From positions 36,458,001 to 36,522,000 of the forward strand of contig CM059432.1 of assembly GCA_030390025.1 (NCBI GenBank): a stretch of 64,000 bases of DNA, written 5' to 3'. Both the position numbers and the translations under genes were made by a program. The notes below the pieces were generated by a model that had not been told where the DNA came from, did no database searches, and worked only from the letters and a program-made list of their open reading frames with translations. This document shows, in pieces, positions 13,141 through 25,100 of this stretch (position 1 is the stretch's first letter; each line of letters begins with the position of its first letter). This DNA comes from Squalus acanthias. Its lineage: Eukaryota.

Positions 13141-13619
13141 AAACCCCTCTGGTGTAAGTGTGGACAGAGTTGTAAGTTTACTTGGGTGTGGGTTGTAGAT
13201 TTGATCTGTGCACCAGCATTTCTGGTAAATGATTTTAATGATGCATCAATTAAAAAATTTAAATCCATTTTGAATGTCTCAGCCAGCTGGTGCTGAGCTC
13301 GTGAGGCTGTCTGCAGACACTTGATCTGCCTGTAAAGAAGTCCACTTTTATCATTACTGTGTATTTTTGGTGGCTGGACAATGGACAGATGATTTTACAT
13401 GGCTCCGGGTAGGTAGGGTGTGCAAGCATCATGACCATATGGGACAGGCTAGATGGAACCAGTTGGTCTTTTCATGTCCATCTATTTCGTATGTTCTTTT
13501 TTAAGTCTGCTAAAGTACTTGATATTTCCTTGATTGAGAACAAAATATTCAACAAGTTTAATACATTGCAGGTCATAGATTTTTTTTTTTAATTTCCAAA
13601 AGTAAATCGGCAGTTTACT

Positions 13620-14565
13620 TGGATTACAAAGGATCTACGGCACAGAAACAGGCCATTCGGCCCAACCAGTCCATGCTGGCGTTTATGCTCCACTCGCGAG
13701 GCTCCCATCTTTCCTCATCTAACTCTATCAGCATAACCCTCTATTCCCTGCTCCCTCATATGCTTGTCTAGCCTCCCCTTAAATGCATCTATACTATTCG
13801 CTTCAACCACTCCCTGTGGTAGCGAGTTCCACATTCTCACCACTCTTTGGGTAAAGAAGTTTCTCCTGAATTCCCTATATGATTTCTTGGTGACTATCTT
13901 ATCTTCATAGAATCATAGAAATTTACAGCACAGAAGGAGGCCATTCAGCCCATCTTGTCCACGCCGGCCAGCAAAGAGCTATTCCCCCTAATCCCACTGA
14001 TACCTGGGATGGCAGGAATGACGTATGAAGAGAGATTGGGTCGATTGGACTTGTATTCGCTAGAGTTTAGAAGAATGAGAGGGGATCTCATTGAAACTTA
14101 TAAAATTCTAGCAGGACTAGACAGACTAGATGCAGGAAGGATGTTCCCAATGGCGGGCGAGTCCAGAACCAGGGGTCACAGTCTAAGGATAAGGGGTAAG
14201 CCATTTAGGACTGAGATGAGGAGGAATTTCTTCACCCAGAGAGTGGTGAACCTGTGGAATTTTCTACCACAGAAGACAGTTGAGTCCAATTCATTAAATA
14301 TATTCAAGAAGGAGTTGGATATATTTCTTAAGGCTAAGGGGATCAAGGGATATGGGGAGAAAGCAGGGACAGGGTACTGAATTTGGATGATCAGCCATGA
14401 TCGCATTAAATGGCGGAGCAGGCTCGAGGGGCCGAATGGCCTACTCCTGCTCCTATCTTCTATGTTTCCAGTACTTGGTCCGTAGCCTTGTAGGTTATGG
14501 CTCTTCAAGTGCATCTCCAAGTACTTTTTAAATGTGATGAGGGTCTCTGCCTCTACCACCCTAAC
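13620..14565. mobile_element. Cluster of nested CR1 3' tails (-, -, +)
   Basis: Plus copy ~13997-14466 (ORF 13955-14380, LEFRRMRGDLIETYKI) sits inside a minus-strand tail, next to another minus tail at 13620-13905. Confidence 0.8.
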
Positions 14566-14749
14566 CAATGCGTCCAGCTGTAACTTTTTTACTTTTGGAA
14601 GAACTCTGTCTGAAAGAACCAAAAAGTGTTCTCAAATTGAGCTGTGGGGAGACACTCAAAGTGGCTCTGAAGTTTATACAACAGCTGAACTAACGTAGTA
14701 TGAAGAGCTGTCCCTAGGATGTGTGTATAGACTAGTGATCTTGATAATA

Positions 14750-15105
14750 CAGGAAACTCTTTATTAACCGGCACCGACGGGACCGGCGTGGTGCCGGTTA
14801 ATCAAAAAGTCCGGATAACGGAGAGTTATATCTCCCAACGTACGAGAGCCCCGTACACACTGACATGCGCCTGCATTCGGAGCTCCGTCTCCCCGGGGAC
14901 CGCCAGCTGACAATCTGTCGTGTCCGCTGCCTACCCGGGCTGCACATTCCCCTCCCAATTCCGATACAAGGCAAATGCCTCGGGTTTTTTTTTAAAGTTA
15001 TTTTTAAAGGAGAGATGAAGGAAAACCCCGGTTACCTACTCAAGAATTTTGCCGGTTAAGAGAGATTTCCGGTTATTTGGGTGCTGGTTAAAAGAGAGTT
15101 TCCTG
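14750..15105. mobile_element. Tc1/mariner (pogo/Tigger-like) MITE
   Basis: TIRs CAGGAAACTCTTTATTAACCGGCACC and GGTGCTGGTTAAAAGAGAGTTTCCTG, TA on both sides. Near-identical inverted copy at 42308-42671. Confidence 0.9.
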
Positions 15106-16098
15106 TATATAGAACAGAGTGGATGTGTGTAGGTTATTTTGTGTAAAGCACTTTTCCCAGACATATTCTGTTGATACGGTACATATGGATGGATTACTTG
15201 CCAACTTTCTGCTGAAAGCCTTTCTTGAGGCCCACTTGCTGCACCAGCGTGCAATGGAACATCACGTTATACCTGTAATTCCCCCACAGGGAGGAGGGGA
15301 GAGGTGGATCTTGTAGGACAGATGGTTCTTCGTTGGCTGTAAAGCACTTTGGAATGTCCTGAGGTCGTGAAAGGCGCTATATAAATGCAAGTCTTTCTTT
15401 TTCTATTAAAGTTATACAGGGAAGGAACAATGCTGAATTACAATACAGCTGGGCAGGGCTGTGAATGGAGACCCAGAAACGTGTAGTGCAGCAGGTCTTC
15501 TGAAGGCCACAAGTGAAGGATGTGTAGTAGGTCTGGTGCATTAGAGGACCAATGTCCTATGTATATAAATCAGGGTGGGTGGCAATTGTCTCCATCTAGT
15601 TTGCAGATATCAGATTGGTCCAGGGGGCTGGTAAAACTCACCTATGATTGCACATGTGATCGTTCTGGATTGTGTGGTTGCCAGGGACCAGCTAAGCTTT
15701 CTGCTCAAGATTGTCTGCATTGCTGAGATACATATGTATCTACTTTGGTTTGGGAAGCCTTCAATCCTGGGCTACCTTCTGGCGTTTAGTCCTGTCCCAG
15801 CCCACCCTTCTCCGATGTATCAGTACCTTTCAGGGCAATAACTTGGCATCTAATACTGGCAGACCATCTGGCCTGAGGTAACTGTGTCTCTGCCTTTCTG
15901 CCCCCGGGGGGTGATTTGGGGTGGGGGGGGGGGGGTGGGGGAAGCGGGGAAGAAGAGTGTTTCCGTGAACTGGGGAGGGGAAAAGAAGTAGTCTCTGAAC
16001 CGTAGAAGTGGGATGAATGCCTCTGAATTGAAAGAAGGAAAAGGAGTGGCTCAATTAATTGGGATGGGGGGGGGGGGAAGAAGAATCCCTCTTAATTA

Positions 16099-16669
16099 AG
16101 AACATAAGAAATAGGAGCAGGAGTAGGCCATTTGGGCCTTCGAGCCTGCTCCGCCATTCAATAAGATCATGGCTGATCTTCTACCTCATCTCCACTTTCC
16201 TGCACAATCCCCATATCCCTTGATTCCCTTAATATTCAATAATCTATCGATCTCTATCTTGAATATACTCAACGACTGAGCCTCCACAGCCCTCTGGGGT
16301 AGAGAATTCCAACGATTCATCACCCTTTGAATGAAGAAATTTTTCCTCATCTCAGTCCTAAACGACCGACCCCTTATTCTGAGACTGTGACCCCTGGTTC
16401 TAGACTCCCCAGCCAGGGGAAACATCCTCCCTGCATCTACCCTGTCGAGCCCTGTAAGAATTTTGTATGTTTCAATGAGATCACCTCTCATTCTTCGAAA
16501 CTCGAGAGAATATAGGCCGAGTCTACTCAATTTCTCCTCATAGGACAATCTCCCCATCCCAGGAATCAGTCTGGTGAACCTTCGTTGCACTCCCCCTATG
16601 GCAAGTATATCCTTCCTTGGGTAAGGAGACCAAAACTGTACACAATACTCCAGGTGTGGTCTCACCAGG
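16099..16669 (-). mobile_element. CR1 LINE 3' fragment inserted in a minisatellite
   Basis: ORF 16186-16665 RPHLEYCVQFWSPY...; tail aagaacataagaa at the left end. Confidence 0.9.
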
Positions 16670-16850
16670 TTGGGAGGGGGAAGAAGAATCCCTCTGAATT
16701 GGGAGGGGGAAGAAGAATCCCTCTGAATTGGGAGGGGGAAGAAGAATTGTCTCTGAATTGGGAGGGGGAAGAAGAATCCCTCTGAATTGGGAGGGGGAAG
16801 AAGAATCCCTCTGAATTGGGAGGGGGAAGAAGAATTGTCTCTGAATTGGA
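16670..16850. repeat. 29/30-bp G-rich minisatellite, 6 units
   Basis: Unit ttgggagggggaagaagaatccctctgaa. Degenerate units continue at ~15945-16098 on the other side of the CR1. Confidence 0.95.
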
Positions 16851-18723
16851 AGGAAATCAGCTAGATTCAAACCCAGATCCAAAAGGTACAAGCATGGACT
16901 TATAACCTCTGGCTGTCTACATTTTGACTTTTGTGTCTCAATAGTTGGATATCTACTAAAGCTGTGAGCCTGCACTTTTTGGAGAGGGAGTACAAACATA
17001 CAACAGATACGGACCCTGTCAAATCTGAAGCATTAAATTGGCAGCAATTATCTTTGTGGGAGTCTGTCTCTCAAATTTAATCTTCAGAATTTATGTACAT
17101 GTGTAACCATTTAGCCCGGCAGTTGAGAAATTTCTTTTCAGTAAAATTAAAACAAACTGATTTCCCTCAACTCTTAGATCAAGTAAGTAGTTTGGTAACC
17201 CGCGTATTTACCCACTGAGCCATTGGAGGGAGCTTAACGCGTCCATTTATTTGTGTTCATGTGGTTTCACGCTCGAAGTGCATGAGGAAAACAAAGGAAA
17301 CACTGAGAATCTGCAGGAAAAGCCTGTTTGTGCTCTGCCAATATTGCTTTTATAGATGAGCAGAGCTGCTGAATAGTAGAGAATAGCTTGTCCTTAATAA
17401 AACCAGCCAGTCAGAAAATATATTGATCGGATCTGGTCATTCAGTTCATTAAACAGTGGTGTTGTGACTGTTTAACCGAGCTCTCTTCAGAATTAATAAC
17501 CAAGATTAATGTTGATGCTGAGATTTCATATCATGTCCACTTGAGCTGTGAAAAATGCCCAGTGTCACAATTGTAGATTTTACCCCTCCAAACTTGGGTG
17601 TCTGGAGAGAGCATTTTGAGTTGTAGAACAAGAAACTGGAGCACTGATGGTTGTAGGTCTCGCTCTAAGAGTGGGGGCAGTTTGAGGTGATGAGTTAAGA
17701 GTATTGGACAAGAAGTGATTGCACAACATTAAAGTGCATTGGTTCAAATGTTTGTTCACTATAGATTATTGGTACCAGTATGTTAAATAAACTAAATGAC
17801 AAAATGAAGGTGTAATGCTTGTCTTTATGCAGTGATTAGCAGAGACCAGATGTGTGCAATATGCGAAGTAATTTAATATCGGAATGTCTTTGTGTATTTT
17901 GGGCTCCACATAAACAGTACAGCTGTTGGTGTTCTTTGTAGAGAAAACAAAGCTTTGGGAGCCAAAGGTTTTGAATTAGGATGAAAGTTTAAAAAAAAAT
18001 GTTTTAATTCTTCTTTTGCACCTGTCACATTGAGAATCTCAAAGCGTTTTACATAATGAAATAATTTTGAAATGCAGTGTAGGCATATGTGGCAGCTGTT
18101 GTTCCAGCAACGCCTCACAAACAGTACTGAGATGAATGACCAGTTCATTTGTTTTTGTGGTGTTGGTTGAGGGAGGGATGTTGGCCAGGACACACAGATG
18201 ACTCCCTGCTCTTAGAATAGTGGCATGGGATTTTTAATATCCAGCAGTAGAGGTAGACAGGACCTCAGTGTTACAATTTGGGATCTATTCCCAACACTTA
18301 ACATGTTCACTCCTTAAAAAGGGCAGTTTCCATAAGCAGACATGAGTGTCCTATGACCTGAAACATGCACCTTTTTGTGAGATGTGAGTGAGAAAGTGTA
18401 ACCTTTTTGTATTGTGCACGAGAGACCACGTGGACTAACCACCATACTTTCCTGTCCACTCAAAGAAGGTGACATATGCCAGATGGTGACATTTAGGCTA
18501 AACTAGTAGATATATTTACAGGTAAAGTAATTACACAGAAGCAGCAGAACGCAGCAAGACACTGAATCGGTCCACAAGATTTTAAATGTCTTCAACATAT
18601 TTCTTACACCACCTGAATCTTCAAGACTTTTGGAGGGCACAGAAATTTGTAGACTTCCTGACGTGACGTGTGCCCGGGGGGGGGGAATGGGTACTACTAC
18701 TGGGTCTACTACATAGAGTCATA

Positions 18724-19531
18724 GGGCTGGATTTTGAATTTGGGGTCGGGAATCACACATTCTGGCTTGTGCACCCGCCTCCATCGAGATGTGGCCAACC
18801 CACTGTATTTTCCCTTGATTGACCTTGTTGAGCCCGCCCAGTGGGCTCAGCAGGCCAATTAAGGGCCACCCGGCAACAGGTGACGTCACAGACTGACATT
18901 TCATCTGTTAAGAGCTTTTGACAGATGAAATATCAGCGTTTGACAGCTCTGTGAAGCTGTCAAACACTCACAATATGATTTCTAACTTCAGTCCTTCCTC
19001 TCGGGCTGAGTTAGAAATAATTCCACCACAGAAAACAGAAGGCTGCAGGTTTTGACAGAACCACGGCTTTCCTGCTTTCTGTGCCGGTGAGATTTCTAAC
19101 TCCCGAGAACTGAAGGGCTGACACCTGCAGGAGGAAGTTAAGGTAAGTAAAACTTTTTCCAACACTTAGCACTTACCTTACACACTTACCTCTGCACACA
19201 TCACTCACCTGCCCACCGGACATATCGACCCCTCCAACCCCTGCAGACCCACGGCCCGCCCTGATAACTTGGCGTGGTTGCCACCTGTCGGGAAGCCCAC
19301 ACTTTTCTTTTTAAAATAGGGATTATGCAAAAAACTGCCTGTTAACTACCTGTTAACAGGCAGTTAATTGTCACTAATCCCTTCCCGCCTCGGGGAGTCG
19401 GGTCTCAGAACAGGTCGGGTACCCGCCGCCAGAGAAACTGGCATGGAGGCGGGATAGGGTCGGGACCCCCGAATCTGCAACTTTAACCCTCCCCCCCACC
19501 CCGACTCCACAGGTCATTGAAAATGCAGCCC
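18724..19531. mobile_element. Non-autonomous DNA transposon (MITE, PIF/Harbinger-like termini)
   Basis: Left gggctggattttgaat versus reverse complement of right end gggctgcattttcaat; CpG-richer interior with internal hairpins. Confidence 0.6.
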
Positions 19532-19596
19532 AAACTGTCAACTTTAGACGTGATTGAAACTGAACATAAAAATGTATATATCCCCCAATAACCAAA

Positions 19597-22194
19597 GGGC
19601 CGATTTTAACCCTACTTGTTCAGCAGAAACCTGGCGGGTGGGCAGTTAAAATCGCCCTGGCTCTTAACTGTCCGAAAGCTGCCATGATTACAACATCTGC
19701 AATTTTAACCTGCTCTCCTGAGCAGGCAGCAAGGATACGCGCCCAGAGCCAACAAGGTCCCTCTTTACATATGCATGTTTTTTAATTATTCGTTTATGGG
19801 ATGTGGGCATCGCTAGCAAGGCCAGCATTTATTGCCCATATCTAATTGCCCTTGAGAAGGTGGTGGTGAGCTGCTTCTTGAACCGCTGCAGTCCGTGTGG
19901 TGAAGGTACTCCCACAGTGCTGTTAGGGAGGGAGTTCCAGGATTTTGACCCAGCGATGTTGAAGGATCAGCGATATACTTCTAAGTCAGGATGGTGTGTG
20001 ACTTGGAGGTAGTGGTGTTCCCATGTGCCTGCTGCCCTTGTCCTTCTAGGTCGAAGAGGTAGCGGGTTTGGGAGGTGCTGCCAACGAAGCCTTGGCAAGT
20101 TGCTGCAGTGCATCTTGTAGATGGTACACACTGCAGCCACGGTACGCCGGTGGTGGAGGGAGTGAATCTTTAATGTGGTGGATGGGTTATCAATCAAGCA
20201 GACTGCTTTGTCCTGGATGGTGTCGAGCTTCTTGAGTGTTGCTGCAGCTGCACTCATCCAGGCAAGTGCAGAGTATTCCATCACACTCCTTACTTGTGCC
20301 TTGTAGATGGTGGAAAGGCTTTGGGGAGTCAGGAGGTGAGACACTCGCCGCAGAATACCTAGCCTCTGACCTGCTCTTGTTGCCACAGTATTTATGTGGC
20401 TGGCCCAGTTAAGTTTCTGGTCAATGGTGACCCGCAGGATGATGATGGTGGGGGATTCGGCGATGGTAATGCCGTTGAATGTCGAGAGGCGGTGGTTAGA
20501 GTCTCGCTTGTTCGAGATGGTCATTGCCTGGCACTTCTATGGTACGAATGTTACCTGCCACTTATCAGCCCAAGCCTGAACGTCATCCAGGTCTTGTTGC
20601 ATGCGGGCATGGACTGCTTCATTATCTGAAGAGTTGTGAATGGCACTGAACACTGTGCAGTCATCTGCGAACATCCCCATTTCTGACCTTATGTTGGAGG
20701 GATGGTCATTGATGAAGCAGCTAAAGATGGTTGGGCCTAGGACACTGCCCTGAGGAACTCCTGCAACGATGTCCTGGGGCTGTGATGATTGACCTTCAAC
20801 CACCACAACCATCTTCCTTTGTGCTAGGTATGACTCCCGCCAGTGGAGCGTTTTCCCCCCCGATTCCCATTGACTTCAATTTTACTAGGGCTCCTTGATG
20901 CCACACTCGGTCAAATGCTGCCTTGATGTCAAGGGCAGTCACTCTCATCTCACCTCTGGAATTCAGCTCCTTGTCATGGCTGCCCAGTTTTGAGCTGCTA
21001 GATCTGTTCTGAATCTATCCCATTTAGCACAGTGGTAGTGCCACACAACACAATGGAGGGTGTCCTCAGTGTGAAGACGGGACTTCGTCTCCGCAAGGAC
21101 TGTGCGGTGGTCACTGCTACCAACACTGTCCTGGACCGATGCATCTGCGACAGGTAGATTGGTGAGGACGAGGTCAAGTAGGTTTTTCCCCCTCGTGTTG
21201 GTTTTCTCACCACCTGTCGCAGGCCCAGACTGCCAGCTATGTCCTTCTGGTGCTACCGAGCCACTCGAAGTCCCCCACCCAGAGTACATTCTACTCAGTG
21301 CTTCTTCCAAGTGGTGTTCAACATGGAGGAGTACTGATTCATCAGCTGAGGGAGGGCGGTAGGTGGTAATCAGCAGGAGGTTTCCTTGCCCATGCTTGAC
21401 CTGAAGCCATGAGACTTCATGGGGTCCGAAGTCAATGTTGAGGACTCCCAGGGCCACTCCTTCCCGATTGTATATCACTGTGCCTCCAGCCCTGGTGGGT
21501 CTGTCCTGCCGCTGGGACAGGACATACCATGGGATGGTGATGGTGTAGTTTGGGACATTGGCTGAAAGGTATGATTCTGTGAGTATGACTATGTCAGGCT
21601 GTTGCTTGACTAGTCTGTGGGACAGCACTCCCAATTTTGGCACAAGTCCCCAGATGTTGGTGAGGAGGATTTGCAGGGTTGACTGGGCTAGGTGTGCCGT
21701 GTCCGTAGCCGGTGCCGAGGTCGATGCCGGGTGGTCCATCCAGTTTCATTCTTATTATTGTGTTTCGTAGCGGTTAGTTACAACTCAGTGGCTTGCTGGG
21801 CCATTTCAGAGGGCAGTTAAGAGTCAATCACATTGCTGTGGGTTTGGAGTCACATATAGGCCAGACCAGGTAAGGACGGCAGATTTCCTTCCCTAAAGGA
21901 CATTAGTGAACCAGATGGGTTTTTACGACAATCCGGTAGTTTCATGGTCACCATTACTGATACTAGCTTTTTATTCCAGATTTATTTAATTAACTGAATT
22001 TAAATTCCCCAGCTGCCGTAGTGGGATTTGAACACTCGTCTCTGGGTCATTAGTCCAGGCCTCTGGATTACTAGCCCAGTAACATTACCACTATGCTACC
22101 GTTCCCTGTTGCGGCCCAATGACATAATTGAGACCCAAATGTAATTTTAACTTGGGGCTGAGTGGGGAATCCACCTGGAGTTAAAATCGAGGCT
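19597..22194. mobile_element. Small hairpin-ended MITE split by a LINE insertion
   Basis: Left end gggccgattttaac...gttaaaatcgccc (19597-19657). Right end attttaact...agttaaaatcgaggct (~22144-22194). Confidence 0.5.
19778..22106 (-). mobile_element. APE-RT LINE of a second CR1/L2-group family ('family B') with tRNA-like 5' end and an internal deletion
   Basis: APE ORF 20963-21739 (PDIVILTESYL, YRPPS, LLDLVLTN, SDH). RT motifs [14 protein letters not shown] and IYKAQVRSVMEY. A/B boxes at 22088-22098 and 22024-22033. Confidence 0.88.
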
Positions 22195-22199
22195 ATTCT

Positions 22200-25100
22200 C
22201 TAAAAGTTCTTTATTCAATCAAAATATCCTAAGACGCTTCGTAGAGGCATAATCAAACAAAAATGAACGCCAAGACAAAGAAGGAGATTTTAGGAAGGGT
22301 GACCAAAAGCTTGGTCAAAGAGGTGGGTTTTAAGGAGGGTCTTAAAGGATGTGGGAAGGGGTTTAGGAGGGGAATTCCAGAGCATGGGCCCTAGACGGCT
22401 GAAGAAACTACTGCCAAAGGTGGAATGACGAGAAGGGGCTGCACAAGAGGCCAGCATCAAGAGGAATGGGGGTTGTTCGGGGGAGGTGGGTGGGTTTGTA
22501 CACCTGGACGTGGTTACAGAGATAGGGAGGAGCAAAGCTGTGTAGTGATTTAAATAAGAGAGTGAGAATTTTAAATTTCAGGTGTTGGGGGACCAGCAGC
22601 CAATGTAGGTCAGCAAAGACAGCGGCTAATGGATGAGCAGAATGGTGCCGGAATAGGATATGGGCAGCATAATTTTGGATGAGCTGGTGGAAAATGGGAG
22701 GCATGCCAGGAGAGGATTGGATTAGACGAGCCTGGAGGTGACAAAGGCATGTTTGAGGATCTCGGCAGTAGATGGGCTGAGGTAGGGGTGGAGGGGTGCG
22801 ATTTTATGGAGATGGAAGTGGGCGGTCTTTGTGTCTGAGAGGATATCGGGTCATAAAAGTCTCATGGCTTCAGGTCAAGCATGGGAAAGGAAACCTCCTG
22901 CTGATTACCACCTACTGCCCTTCCTCAGCTGATGAATCAGTACTCCTCCATATTGAACACCACTTGGAAGAAGCACTGAGAGTAGCAAGGGCACAGAATC
23001 TACTCTGGGTGGGGGACTTCAATGTCCATCACTAAGAGTGGCTCGGTAGCACCAGTAGTGACCGAGCTGGCCAAGTCCTGAAGGACATAACTGCCAGTCT
23101 GGGCCTGCGACAGGTGGTGAGAGAACCAACACGAGGGAAAAACCTACTTGACCTCGTCCTCACCAATCCACCTGTCGCAGCTGCATCTGTCCATGACAGC
23201 ATTGGTAGCAGTGACCACTGCACAGTCATTGTGGAGACGAAGTCCCGTCTTCACACTGAGGACACCCTCCATCGTGTTGTGTGGCACTACCACCATGCTA
23301 AATGGGATAGATTCAGAACAGATCTAGCAGCTCAAAACTGGGCATCCAGCAGCAGCAGAATTGTGTTCCACCACAATCTGTAACCTGCCCGTCATATCCC
23401 TCACTCTACCATTACCACCAAGCCAGGGGACCAACCCTGGTTCAATAAGGAGTGTAGAAGAGCATGCCAGGAGTTGTACCAGGTGTACCTAAAAATGAGG
23501 TGCCAACCTGGGGAAGCTGCAACACAGGACTACATGCATGCTAAAAAGCAGAAGCAGCATGCTATAGACAGGGCTAAGCGATCCCACAATCAACAGATCA
23601 GATCAAAGCTCTGCAGTCCTGCCACATCCAGTCGTGAATGGTGGTGGACCATTAAACAACTAACTGGAGGAAGAGGCTCCATGAATATCCCCATCCTTAA
23701 TGATGGTGGAGCCCAGCACGTGAGTGCAAAAGACAAGGCTGAAGCATTTGCAACCATCTTCGGCCAGAAGTGCCGAGTGGATGATCCATATCGGCCTACT
23801 CCTGAGGTCCCCGCCATCACAGAAGCCAGTCTTCAGCCAATTCGATTCACTCCACGTGATATCAAGAAGCGGCTGAGCGCAATGGATACAGCAAAGGCTA
23901 TGGGCCCCGACAACATCCCAGCTATCGTGCTGAAGACTTGTGCTCCAGAACTAGCCAAGCTGTTCCAGTACAGCTACAACACTGGCATCTATCCGACAAT
24001 ATGGAAAACTGCCCAGGTGTGACCTGTCCACAAGAAGCAGGACAAATCCAACCCGGCCAATTACCGCCCCATCAGTCTACTCTCAATCATCAGCAAAGTG
24101 ATGGAAGGTGTCATCGACAGTGCTATCAAGCGGTGCGTACTCACCAATAACCTGCTCACTGATGTCCAGTTCGGCTCCCGACCTCATTACAGCCTTGGTC
24201 CAAACATGGACAAAGGAGCTGAATTCCAGAGGTGAGATGAGAGTGACTGCCCTTGACATCAAGGCAGCATTTGACTGAGTGTGGCATCAAGGAGCCCTAG
24301 TAAAACTGAAGTCAATGGGAATCAGGGTGAAAACGCTCCACTGGCTGGAGTCATACCTAGCGCAAAGGAAGATGGTTGTGATGATTGAAGGTCATCATTG
24401 CAGGAGTTCCTCAGGGCAGTGTCCTAGGCCCAACCATCTTCAGCTGCTTCATCAATGACCTTCCCTCCAACATAAGGTCAGAAATGGGGATGTTCACAGA
24501 TGACTGCACAGCGTTCAGCGCCATTCACAACTCCTCAGATAATGAAGCAGTCCATGCCCGCATGCACCAACAACTGGACGACGTTCAGGCTTGGGCTGAT
24601 AAGTGGCAGGTAACATTCGCGCCACAGAAGTGCCAGACAATGACTATCTCCAACAAGCGAGAATCTAACCTCCTCCTCTTGATATTCAACGGCATTACCA
24701 TCGCCGAATCCCCCACCATCAACATCCTGGGAGTCACCATTGACCAGAAACTTAACTGAACCAACCACATAAATACTGTGGCAACAAGAGCAGGTCAGAG
24801 GCTAGGTATTCTGCGGCGAGTGTCTCACCTCCTGACTCCCCAAAGCCTTTCCACCATCTACAAGGCACAAGTAAGGAGTGTGATGGAATACTCTCCACTT
24901 GTCTGGATGAGTGCAGCTGCAACAACACTCAAGAAGTTCGACACCATCCAGGACAAAGCAGCCCGTTTGATTGGCACCTCATCCACCACCTTAAACATTC
25001 ATTCCCTCCACCACCGGCGTACCGTGGCTGCAGTGTGTACCATCTACAAGATGCACTGCAACAACTCACCAAGGCTTCTTCAGCAGTACCTCCCAAACCC

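Noticed and set aside
14764..14958. GC-rich ORFs in the MITE copies (also 42439-42657)
   Set aside because: No transposase motifs; chance frames in a ~360-bp non-autonomous element.
15161..15303. Possible exon within ORF 15119-15316
   Set aside because: It has a stop in the phase-1 frame and no convincing donor.
16670..16850. Regular repeat as a CRISPR array
   Set aside because: Units are head-to-tail with no unique spacers, in a eukaryotic context.
17280..17330. Purine-rich exon-like stretch (HEENKGNTENLQEKP)
   Set aside because: Poor acceptor and no good phase-compatible donor.
22020..22106. Genuine tRNA gene
   Set aside because: A/B boxes are present, but I see no complete cloverleaf and it is fused to a retroelement body.
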